From positions 30,504,001 through 30,568,000 of the forward strand of contig CM075982.1 in assembly GCA_038087875.1 (NCBI GenBank): a stretch of 64,000 nt of DNA, given 5' to 3'. Below the pieces are notes generated by a model that worked only from the letters and a program-made list of their open reading frames with translations, was not told the DNA's origin and did not search any database. This stretch comes from Malacoraja senta. Lineage: Eukaryota. Positions 24,112 through 34,883 of this stretch are shown here, one piece after another. Position 1 is the stretch's first letter. Each line of letters begins with the position of its first letter. Position numbers and translations under genes: made by a program.

Positions 24112-27100
24112 CTAGCAAGTGAAAAGGAACAACAGTTATCACATCGATTATTAATGATATCACACAAGTTTCATTTACCTCAGATAGACACATAATGCTG
24201 GAGACACTCAGCGGGTCAGGCAACATCTCTGGAGAAAAGGAATAGGTGTCGTTTCGGGTGGACCCGGATCTGAAGAAGGGTCTCGACCCGAAACATCACC
24301 TATTCCTTTTCTCCAGAGATGCTGTCTGACTCGCTGACCTACTCCAGCTTTTTGTGTCTATCTTCGATTTAAACCAGCATCTGCAGTTCCTTCCTACACA
24401 TTTAATTTACCTCAGATGCCTACCATTTTAGTCTACCTATTCATTGCCGTCTAGGCTTTAATTCTTTTGTAATACAGATCCACCCCCGATCTTCCGGCAA
24501 GTGGTGGTCCAGCACCTCCTTTAACCCGGACAAAATCACAAGAGCGCACTTGAAAATCACCCCCGGAAATCCCCCTGAACACGTGGACCCCAGTCCGGGA
24601 GAGGCGGCCGATCCCGATCTCATCGGGGGGCTTCCGCGGCCGATCGCCGGGTCAGATTTGCTCTCTGCGGCCGGGGCTCTGGAACTCCTGCCCGGCCGGA
24701 GCCGGCAGATCCGTTCCCATGACCGACTTCCGAGGCCGACTTTGCGGGCCGTGACCTCTGACGGTCCGGCAAAACGGATAATACGGCAAGGCTCTGGAAC
24801 CGAGGGTGCCGGAGAATCGGCGGTGGTCCTGTATTGTTGGAAAAGGGGGTTTGTAAATCATTCCTCCGCTATTCCCTGCTGAGGTAAAAAAATATCACGG
24901 CATTTCTAAATGGGTAAATGATATTAGGTTTTAGTGCTATGTTTATTATCGTCACTTGTACCACAATGACAAGCTTGGTATTGCATGCTACCCAAACTGA
25001 TCAGATAATACTATGCATAACACACCAGGATCTTGATCGGTTGGGTAGGCGAGCTGAGGATTGGTTAATGGAGTTTGATGCAGATAAGTGCGAGGTGGTG
25101 CGTTTTGGAAAGTCTAACCAGGGCAAGACCTATACCGTGAATGGCAGGGCTCTGGGGAGTGTTGTAGATCACAGGGATCTAAAGGGCCTGTCCCACTTTC
25201 ACGACCTAATTCACGACCTCTGCCGAGTTTGTCCTTGACTCATACTCATAGCATGGTCGTCACAAGGTCGTAGGTAGGTCGTAGCAGGCCGTGATGCTAG
25301 TCGTAGGTACTCGTGGCATCAAGTAGGTCGAGGCGTTTTTTCAACATGATGAAAAATGTCCACGAGTAAAAAAGGTCGTGAATTAGGTCGTGAAAGTGGG
25401 ACAGGCCCTTAAGAGTGCAGGTAAGATGTGTCGAACGGAATTGCCGATGCTGGTTTACATCAAAGAGAGACACTAAAGCTGGAGTAACTCAGCGAGTCAG
25501 GAAGCATCTCTGGCTTGGGGCCTACACGATCTCCCGGTTGCCCAACACTTTAACTCCCCTTCCCATTCCCACACTGACCTTTCTGTCCGGGGCCTCCTCC
25601 ACTGTCAGAGTGGGGCCACACACACAAAATGGAGGAACAGCGCCTCATATTTCGCTTGGGCAGCTTACACCCCAGCGGTATGAACATTGATATCTCTAAT
25701 TTCAAGTAACCCCTGTACTCCCTCTCTCTCTCCACCCCTCCCCCACCCTAGCCATCCTGCTAGTTCCACTGTTCGCTTCCCTGCATCCCTTCGTTATCAC
25801 TTCTTCCAAAGCCAACCATGGACCATCAGTGCCGGCTCTGATTTGTTCTGTACCTTTTCATACCTCTTGTTTTCCCCTCCCCTGACTCTCAGTCCCGAAA
25901 CGTCACCTAGTCCTTTTTTTCCAGAGATGCTGCCTGTCCCGCTGAGTTACTCCAGCACGTTGAGTCTGTCATTGGTGTAAACCAGCATCTGCAGTTCCTT
26001 CCTACACATCCTCACATCATTGAACACACATCTCTGGCTCCCTATTATCTGATCCACTGTGCTGCCTGCTATCTTTTCCCACAAGACCCGCTGACTTACT
26101 CCAGCTTTTGTGTCTCTCTTTGCACTCTTAGATCCCTTTGATCTACAGTTCTGGTCACCCCAAGACAGGAAGGATGTGGAGGAGTGTATAAGATCATAAG
26201 AGGAATAGATAGGGTCTTTACCTAGAGAAGAGGAACCAAAAACCAGAGGACATGGGTTAAATGTGAAAGGGGGGGGGGGGATTTAATAGGAGCGTGAGGG
26301 GCATTTTTTTAATACACAAAGGGCATATGTATATGAAACAAGCTGTCGGAGGAGGTAGTTGAGGCACGTACTATCACAATGTTCTAAAAACATTTAGACA
26401 GGCACATGGATAGGATAGGTTTAGAGGGATATGGGCCAAACGCAGGCAGTTGAATACTGTACAGGTTATATGGGGCATGTTGGTCGGCATGGGCATGTTG
26501 GGCCAAAGGGCCCGTTTCCATGCTGTATATCTCTAAATACAATCAGGTCAAACTTAAATACAACAGGTAGAGCAAAGGGGATAAGCACAGAGTGAGTGCA
26601 TCATATACAGTAGTTCTCAGCATTGGAGTGCACCAGTTCCACAGACAAAGTCTAATGTCTGCAATGGGGTGGAGGTGAGTCGGTTAGTGAAGTTTAGTGA
26701 AGTTAAAGGGCCTGTCCCACTTTCACGACCTAATTCACGACCTTTTTTACTCGTGGACATTTTTCATCAGGCTAGAAAGACGCCCTGACCTACTTGATGC
26801 CATGAGTACCTACGGCTAGCATCACGACCTACCTACAACCTACCTATGACCTCGTGACGACCATGCTGCGAGTATGAGTCATGGGCAAACTCGGCAGAGG
26901 TCGTGAATTAGGTCGTGAAAGTGGGACAGGCCCCTTAGTTTATTGTCACGTGTACCAAGGTACAGTGAAAAGCTTTTGTTGCGCGCTAACCAGTCAGCGG
27001 AAAGACAATACATGTTTACCATTGATCCATGTACAGTGTATAAGATACACAATAACGTTAAGTGCAAGATAAAGCCAGCAAAATCTGAGGGTCACCAAAG

Positions 27101-29844
27101 AGGTAGACAGTAGTTCAGCACTGCTCTCTGGTTGTTTGTAGGATGGTTCAGTTGCCTGATAACAGCTGGGAAGAAACTGTCCCTGAATCTGGAGGTGTGC
27201 GTTTTCACACTTCTGTACCTCTTGCCTGATGGGAGAGGGGAGAAGAGGAAGTGACCGGGGTGAGACTGGTCCTTGATTATGCTGCTGGCCTTGCCGAGGC
27301 AGCGTGAGGTGTAGATGGAGTCAATAGCAGGGAGGTTGGTTTGTGTGATGGTCGGGGCTGCGTCCACAATTCGCTGCCATTTCTTGGATGGAGCTGTTTC
27401 CAAACCGGCTCGTAACGCTAACGGCAGGTACTCGGGAAACACGGTAAGCTCGGGAAGACTCGTGAAGATTTTTCAACATGTTGAAAAATGTCCACGAGAG
27501 CCCCGAGTACCGACGAGCGGCCATTACCGTAAATCTCCGAGTTCGAATCAGGGCAAACTCGGTAGAACTCTTGGATGAACTCGTACAGTGGGACAGGGCT
27601 AAGGCTGGACTGGGCTCATTTCGGTTCTGCATAAAAGTTTGGCATCAGCATTCTTAGGCAATACAATTTGTCAAAAAAAGACTGGGGCCAAAGGGCGGCA
27701 CAGCGGTAGAGTTGCTGCCTCACAGCGCCAGAAACCCGGGTTCGATCCTGACTATGGGTGGCATCTGTACGTAGTTTGTACGTTCTCCCCGTGACCTGCA
27801 TGGGTTTTCTCTGGGATCTCCAGTTTCCCCCCACGCTCTAAAGATGTAAAAGTTTGAAGGCAAATTGTAAGTTGTCCCTAGTGTGTGTAGGATTGTTCTA
27901 GTGTGAGGGGATCGCTGGTCGGTGAGGTCACGGCCAATGGACCTGTTTCCGTGCTGTATCTCTAAACTAAAACTAAAATAACATCAACTTTTGGTTTCAA
28001 TAGTAAATCACAACTACATTGGCAGCGACATAACCATGGTGACCTCGTCCACCGCTGCTCCACCGCTGTAGGCAGCGTGCGCTCCACGTGCCTGGCCTCT
28101 TGGAGCGGTCCCCGGTCCAGCCGAGCCCCAGGCTGCTGCATGGCCTCCAGCGGCCACTCCCCCGTCTAGGCCCTGCACTCCCACCCGCAGCCGGTCTGAA
28201 CACCGGCCCTCCAGGTGGGTCCCGTGGACCCTCGATCCGTCGCGGTCCGCTGAGACTTCGTGTCCTCCGGGCAGGCACCGTGGCATGGCACCTCGGCAAG
28301 GCCTCTGCCGCGCGGTGACTTTGGAGAGGGTGCAGATGGGCTATACCAGAACGCTGCCTGGATTCGTGGGTATTAGCCACAGGGAGAGGTTGGACAGACG
28401 TGGATTGTGTCGTCTGCAACACTGTGGTGTCATCTGCAACACTGTGATTGCGGGGAGACCTGATAGAAGTAGAGTGTGTCAAATTACGAGTAGATGGGGT
28501 AGACAGTCACAGTCTTTATCCCAGGATGGGAAAATCTAATACGAGAGGTCATAGCTTCAAGGTGAGAGGGGCAAAGTTTAAAGGAGATGTGTTGTACTGT
28601 GAGTGGTGGGTGCCTGGAACACGTTGCCAGGGCTGGTGATGGAGGCATTTACAATAGTGGTGTTCAAGAGGTCTTTGGATAGACACACGAATGTGCAGGG
28701 AGTGGAGGGAGATGCATCTTGGGGCAGCCATGGTGGCGCAGCGGTAGAGTTGCTGCCTTCCAGCGCTTGCAGCATGGAGACCCAGGTTCGAAACCCGACT
28801 ACGGGTGCTGTCTGGACGGAGTTTGTACGTTCTCCCCTTGACCTGCGTGGGTTTTCTCCGAGATCTTCGGTTTCCTCCCACACTCCAAAGACGTACAGGT
28901 TTATCGGTTACTTAGCTTGGTATAAATGTAAAAATTGTCCCTAGTGGGTGTAGGATAGTATTAATGTGCGGGGATCGCTGGTCGGCGCGGACCCGGTGGG
29001 CCGAATGGCCTGTTTTCGAGCTGTATCTGTAAACTAAACTGAAAGTGCAGGCAGAGGAGATTAGTTTACCTTGGCAGGGATTGTGGGCCGAAGGGCCCTT
29101 TCCTGGGCTGTACTGCTCAAAGTTCAATGTTCTTAAACCACAGGTTATGGAAACTCACATTGTAAAAACAATTGTGTCAATGAGGCCTCCAATATTTCAA
29201 ACTTACAATTACAAAGTCGTTCTCCCACAGGATTTTCCCACGGAAAAAATAAAGCTTGAAAGCGCGCAGCACCAGACTCAGGAACAGTTTCTTCCCCTCT
29301 GTTATCGGGCTTCAGAACGGTCCTTCCATTAGCTAGGGTACTGCCCGATTCACCTCTACCCCATTGCGGACATTGGACTCTGTCTCTGGAACTGATGCGC
29401 TACAATGCTGAGAACTATATTCTGCACTCTGTATCTTCCCCTTTGATCTACCTAGTCTACTTGAGTGAGACTTGATTTGTAGTTGTGAATTGTCTGAATA
29501 ACATGCAAAACAAAGCTTTTCACTGTACCTTGGTACACATGACAATAATAAACCTAACCCCACTAATAGCACGGCAGCACAACAGCAGAGTTGCTGCCTT
29601 TACAGCGCCAGAGACACAGGTTCGATCCTGACTCTGGGTGATTCCTACAATTTTACCGAAGCCAATTAACCTACAAACCTGTACGTCTTTGTAGTGTGGG
29701 AGGAAACCGGAGTACCCAGAGAAAACCCACGCAGTCACAGGGAGAACGTGCGAACTCCGTACAGACAGCACCCGTAGTCAGGATCGAATCTGGGTGACGG
29801 CGCTGTGAGGCAGAAGCACTACCGCTGCGCCACCGTGCAGTTTT

Positions 29845-30283
29845 AGACAATAGGTGCAGGAGTAGGCCATTCGGCCCTTCGAGCCAGCACCGCCATTCAA
29901 TGTGATCATGGCTGATCATCCCCAATCAGTACCCCGTTCCTGCCTTCTCCCCATATCCCCTGACTCAGCTATTTTTAAGAGCCCTATCTAGCTCTCTCTT
30001 GAAAGCATCCAGAGAACCTGCCTCCACCGCCCTCGGAGGCAGAGAATTCCACACTCACCACTCTCTGTGAGAAAAAGTGTTTCCTCGTCTCCGTTCTAAA
30101 TGGCTTACTCCTTGTTCTTAAACTGTGGCCCCTGGTTCTGGACTCCCCCAACATCGGGAACACGTTTCCTGCCTCTAGCGTGTCCAAGCCCTTAACAATC
30201 TTATATGTTTCAATGATATACCCTCTCATCCTTCTAAACTCCAGAGTGTACAAGCCCAGCCACTCCATTCTCTCAGCATATGA
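29845..30283 (-). mobile_element. CR1 LINE 3' fragment
   Basis: ORF 29984..30286: MSYAERME.LGLYTLEFRRMRG...RTRGHSLR. Confidence 0.88.
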
Positions 30284-30430
30284 CATTTACTATTGGTTAA
30301 AACTAAATTGGTTAAAACTAAACTTTTGATTTACTATTGGTTAAAACTAAAATATGCATGGTTTAAAAACACCTGTCTTTTCTTGTGTCATTTTGAGCAA
30401 GATTAGTCGTCTCAAGTGTCAAAACGTTAC

Positions 30431-30718
30431 CTTCAATGATGAGGGTGTCCGTGTTTCCAATGGGTGAAGTGTCCTCATCGGTTGGTGCTTCAATCTGCTC
30501 CTTGGCCTCGTGATCAAGTTTTAGTTCTCTCATGAAGCTGGTTGTGATGAACTTGCCGTGTCTGTGCTTCAGAGTCATGGTGAACCATCGCCTCCCCGGA
30601 ATTTCTTCACCCTGGTGAGGCCAGTCAACATGGTGGTTGTGTGTGGAATACCGGCTGATTTCACATTCCAATTCCTCGTGTTTCCCGTCTACATATTGGA
30701 AAATATCCACAGCGGAGC
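30431..30718 (-). CDS. TAPBPL: Tapasin-like exon 3 (N-terminal domain)
   Basis: ttttcttaccag|GC TCC GCT GTG...ATT GAA G|gtaacg; 288 nt; LECEISRY...W...WF is a tapasin-family motif. Confidence 0.9.
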
Positions 30719-31983
30719 CTGGTAAGAAAAGGAAAAGTTCACATTTCTATTTGGCGGAAAGATGATTCACAAGCGTCGTCGAGTCGTACTGCCTGGAAAA
30801 ACAGGCCCAACCTGCCCACACCAGCCAACATGTCCCATCTACACTCGTCCCACCTGCCTGCGTATGGCCTATGTCCCTCAGTCTGCAGAAGGGTCTCGAC
30901 CCGAAACGTCACCCATTCCTTCTCTCCAGAGATGCTGCCTGTCCCGCTGAGTTACTCCAGCATTTTGTGTCTACCTATATCCCTCTAAACCAGTCCTATC
31001 CATGATGTACCTGATACATACATCCATATACACTTCATGAGGAGGTAGTTGAGGTACCAGACTATCACAATGGTCAAGAAACATTTAGATAGGTACATGG
31101 ATAGGATTGGTTTAGAGGGTTATGAGCCAAAGGCAGGCAGGAGGGACAACCTTAGATGGGGCACGTTGGTCAGCATGGGCAAGTTGGGCCAAAGGGCCTG
31201 TTTCCACGCTGTGTGACTCCATAAAAGCACTTTAGAAATACTACTCGTGCATCACAGCCTGGCTCAGGGAAGTCGAACGCTCAACAACAAAGAAGGCTGC
31301 AGAAAGTGGTGGACAAGGCCCAGTCCATCACGGGTACTGACCTCCTCACCATCGAAGGGTGGTGAATCTGTGGAATTCTTTGCCACAGACGGCTGTGGAG
31401 ACCAAGTCAGTGGATATTTTTACGGCAGAAATAGATCGTTTCTTGATTAGAAACATAGAAACACAGAAAATAGGTGCAGGAGGAGGCCATTTGGCCCTTC
31501 GAGCCAGCACCGCCATTCATTGTGATCATGGCTGATCGTCCCCAATCAATAACCCGTGCTTGCCTTCTCCCCATATCCCTTGATTCCACCAGCCCCTAGA
31601 GCTCTATCTAACTCTCTCTTAAATCCATCCAGTGACTTGGCCTCCACTGCCCTCTGTGGCAGGGAATTCCACAAATTCACAACTCTCTGGGTGAAAAAAA
31701 AAATTCTCACCTCAGTCTTAAATGGCCCACCCCTTTATTCTAAGATTAGTACGGGTGTCATAGGTTATTGGGAGGAGGCAGGAGAATGGGGTTAGGAGGC
31801 AGAGATAGATCAGCCATGATTGAATGGCGGAGCAGACGTGATGGGCCGAATGGCCTAATTCTACGCCTATCACATGACCTCATGATGGGATCTGCAGGAA
31901 GTACTGCCTCAATAAGGCAGCTAATAGAAGTTGCCTATCCACAAAAAACCTGCTTGCTGACCTCACTTCATGTGTCAGGGTAC

Positions 31984-32163
31984 CTTTTACTTTAAAATGA
32001 ATTGCTTTCTCATTGGTATCGATACCACCAAAGAGCAGTAACGCCTTCCTCAAGACGGTCGAGTGGTCCAACATATGAGCCCCTTCATTTTGCTTCTCTT
32101 CTCGAAAGGTGCATTCCAACTTTCTGTTTGCATCAGTGTGTCCATTCTGGGCCAGCGCTGTCC
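31984..32163 (-). CDS. TAPBPL: Tapasin-like exon 2
   Basis: cctcttcag|GG ACA GCG...GTA AAA G|gtaccc; 180 nt; first cysteine (LECTF) and RKALLLFG. Confidence 0.85.
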
Positions 32164-32352
32164 CTGAAGAGGTAGGAAGTGTAAAACAAAGGGAAAGTTT
32201 TTTTAACAATGCTTGAATAACGCATTTAACAGCGTCACTTCATTGAGAATATATGCATATAAACATATGTCTATATGTGTATAAACAAGAATGTAGACAC
32301 AAAGTGCTGGAGTAACTCAGCGGGTCAGGCAGCATCTGCGGAGAAAAAGAAT

Positions 32353-32386
32353 AGGTGACGTTTCGGGTCGGGACCCTTCTTCAGAC
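32353..32386 (-). ncRNA. Minimal hammerhead-ribozyme motif in a Penelope-like pLTR, sense to tapasin-like intron 1
   Basis: gt-CTGAAGA-a-gggtc-cc-gaccc-GAAA-cg-TC|-acct: intact core, GUC cleavage triplet, palindromic ACGT stem III. Confidence 0.6.
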
Positions 32387-32589
32387 AACCTGAAAGGGTT
32401 AGGAGATGTGCGGGGGTGGCGGATACGACAGTGGCGTTTAAGAGACTTTTGGACAGGCCCATGGATATGCAGGGAATGGAGGGATATGGATCATGTGCCG
32501 GCAGATAAGAGTTGGTCTTGGCATCATGTTGGGCACAGACATTGTGGGCCGAAAGGCCTGATCCTGTGCTGTACTGTTGTATGCTCTAT

Positions 32590-33445
32590 AGGGAGGTTTC
32601 ACGGCAGTCGGGTCACGACCCATGACCCGTACTGTTGCTACGCTACGCCAAGTGGAGTACACGCGATGAACTGCAGGTAAATACTTAGGATTGTTTCCAG
32701 CTTAGCCGGCCGTTAAAACCCGCCCAGGTTGTCAATTTTTGCGCTGTAAATAATGATGGAAATCGGGATAAGCGTGAGAGACATTTATCCTACTTCCGAA
32801 TTCAAAAAGTGAGGAGAAATGACGGTAGATAGAAGCGAGTGCTTGGCGAACATTGGCCGTTTGCTCATTGCATTTCATCAACTAAGGCATTATTTGTGTT
32901 TTTTCTTGATTCCTTTGGCATCTAAAAAGTTTCAGAAGGGATAAATCTGGCTGTAAAATTTTAAAATCGTCCATTGTTCTCGTGGGTTTTTACATACAAA
33001 AAGAAAACGCCTCTGAAGCAAAATTTACAACCAGATTTATCACTTCTGAGCCTTTTTAGATATCAAAGGAATCAAGAAAAAAAACAAATAATGCCTTACC
33101 GTTGATGAAATGCAGTGAGCAAACGCGATAATTCCCGATATTTTCAATTCCGATATCTGCATGGCCAATGTTCGCCAAGCACTTTAGCTGTTGTTGTCCC
33201 TTCAGCTGTCGCTTCTCTTTACCTTCATTTCGCTTCACTTTTGGAATTGTGAAGTTGGGTACATGTCTCTCACAGTTACCCCGACTTCCACAAAAATTCA
33301 ACATTTTGGCGGTTTTTAACGGGTAGGAAAGTACGTGTTTCTTGCATTAATAACATATACCGGAAGTTACGGATGTCGTCCAGATGGATTGAGCGGCTCC
33401 GTGCGTCAAGCCCTATGACCCAGTCACCTTACGTGCAACCCCCCT
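32590..33445 (+). mobile_element. Non-autonomous ISL2EU-type (PIF/Harbinger-related) DNA transposon with THAP remnants
   Basis: AGGG...CCCT termini, AT TSD (32588-32589 and 33446-33447), THAP-like peptides (NFC...YRVCSLHFINGK). Confidence 0.75.
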
Positions 33446-33765
33446 ATGGTCCCAAAGAAGCAACTCACGCCCCTGTCTGCTTTCGGATATTGTTGCTGGC
33501 TGTGCCTGAGGTTGAATATATAACGACTAAACTGGGCATTCGGTTTGACTGGAGGTCCAATGGGAATGGTATGTTTGGGGAAAGAACTGCAGATGCTGCT
33601 TTAAGCGAAGATAGACACACAAAATGCTGGAGTAACTCAGCGGGTCAGGCAGCATCTCTGGAGAGAAGGAATAGGTGACGGGGTCCAGTGCCTTCTTCAG
33701 AAACGGGTTCAATGTAACACTAAGCAGCGCGGTGCCAATCGGCTGACAGCGCCGGGTGGTCTTAC

Positions 33766-33799
33766 CAGCGACGAGAATGTGAAGCAGCAGAGCGAACAT
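33766..33799 (-). CDS. TAPBPL: Tapasin-like exon 1 (signal peptide MFALLLHILVA-G)
   Basis: ATG TTC GCT CTG CTG CTT CAC ATT CTC GTC GCT G|gtaaga; phase 1 joins exon 2. The symbol refers to the tapasin family; the lineage is discussed in the findings. Confidence 0.85.
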
Positions 33800-33900
33800 G
33801 TGGAGTAGATGTGGAGCTGGGTTGATGTGGAGCTGGGTTGATGTGGAGCTGGGTTGATGTGGAGCTGGGTTGATGTGGAGCCGGGGTTGATGTGGAGCGG
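33798..33900. repeat. 16-bp tandem repeat in the tapasin-like 5' UTR
   Basis: Four perfect atgtggagctgggttg units (33809-33872) plus three degenerate units. Confidence 0.95.
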
Positions 33901-33924
33901 GTCAGGCAGGCAGCGGGCCGGTCA

Positions 33925-33940
33925 TTTCACTTTCGATTTC
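33925..33940 (-). promoter_or_regulatory. ISRE/IRF-E with three GAAA half-sites
   Basis: Minus strand GAAATCGAAAGTGAAA, about 125 nt upstream of the ATG. Confidence 0.8.
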
Positions 33941-33941
33941 T

Positions 33942-33946
33942 CCAAT
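33942..33946 (+). promoter_or_regulatory. CCAAT (Y-like) box adjacent to the ISRE
   Basis: CCAAT on the plus strand (ATTGG in gene sense), 1 nt from the ISRE. Confidence 0.5.
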
Positions 33947-33963
33947 CCTACGCGGTAGCTTCC

Positions 33964-33973
33964 GGGGTATTCC
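33964..33973 (+). promoter_or_regulatory. NF-kB site
   Basis: GGGGTATTCC fits GGGRNWYYCC and overlaps an ETS core (cttccgg). Confidence 0.65.
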
Positions 33974-34028
33974 AGCATCTAATGTAAAGAAGATTGGTTT
34001 CGAGATTGTTACTGTGCAGGCAGGGGCA

Positions 34029-34330
34029 GGACAAAGGACAGGCAGTGTGGGCGGGGAGGTGATGGGGAGGAGAGAGGGGTGGAAAGGAGAAGGGGTGGGA
34101 GGGTTGTAGAGGGGAGGGGGGTTTGGAGAAAGGGGGGGGGGAGAGAGGTGGAGATGGGGAAGCAGAGGAGAGGGGGTTTGGGAAGAGGAGGGAGGGGTCT
34201 GGAGAGGGGAAAGGGAGCGGATGGTATGGGGAGGGAGGGGTCTGGAGAGGGGAAGGGGAGCGGATGGTATGGGGAGGGGGGGAGTGGAGAGGGGAAGGGG
34301 GGTGGTGGAGGAGAGGAGAGATTGCCAGAG
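34029..34330 (+). repeat. G/A-rich low-complexity tract with an internal ~43-bp duplication
   Basis: Many G3+ runs; ggagggaggggtctggagagggga...gagcggatggtatgg occurs twice. Confidence 0.85.
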
Positions 34331-34526
34331 GTGATGGGATTAACAGATTGGAGGCTGGTGGCCTGGAGTTTGTCTGTGGGATCATGGTCAATGGGTAGGT
34401 TTGAGGAGGTGTGACAATCACACTAGACGGGATTGTGCGGAGGGAGAAGTGTCATGGGTGTCATGTCATGAACAGTGAACAGTGGACCAGGATCGAAGGG
34501 CCAAATGGCCTCCCCCAGCCACTTAG

Positions 34527-34820
34527 GGGGCGGTAGAGTTGCTGCCTTACAGCGCCAGAGACCCGGGTTCGATCCTGACTACGGGTGCTGTCTGTACGGA
34601 GTTTGTACGTTTTCCCTGTGACCTGCGTGGCTTTTCTCCGGGTGCTGCGGTTTCCCCCCACACTCCAAAGACGTACAGGTTTGTAGGTTAATTGGCTTGA
34701 TATCATTGTAAATTATCCCGAGTGTGCAGGATAGTGTTAGTGTGCGGGGAATCGCTGGTCGGCACGGACTCGGTGGCCCGAAGGCCCTGTTTCCGTGCTA
34801 TATGTCTAAACTAAACTAAG
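34527..34820 (+). mobile_element. HE1-like V-SINE
   Basis: Core and (ctaaa)n tail; the ribozyme-headed element inserted at its tail. Confidence 0.85.
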
Positions 34821-34829
34821 CTATTTCTT

Positions 34830-34883
34830 GGGGTGGGAGATTGCAACCTTCACGTGGTCCGCCCTGTTTCGACGAATGCAATC
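34830..34883 (+). ncRNA. Minimal HDV-like ribozyme fold (54 nt)
   Basis: P1 GGGGTGG/CCGCCCT with G1-U wobble; P2 GATTGCA/TGCAATC; P3 ACC/GGT; L3 TTCACGT; mini-P4 T-TTCG-A; J4/2 C(34873)GAA. Confidence 0.8.

Larger units (their letters stand above)
15964..29133. repeat. Copy 2 of the 13.17-kb duplication (contains twins of all elements listed in 2593-15763)
   Basis: Starts at the first base after the gap (atgccatcccaattg = 2593) and matches up to aatgttct (= 15763). Confidence 0.97.

Noticed and set aside
33798-33900. CRISPR-like array
   Set aside because: The 16-bp units are contiguous with no spacers, in a eukaryotic 5' UTR; it is a minisatellite.
33948-34421. Pro-rich and Gly/Glu-rich ORFs on both strands
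   Set aside because: By-products of the G/A-rich low-complexity tract.
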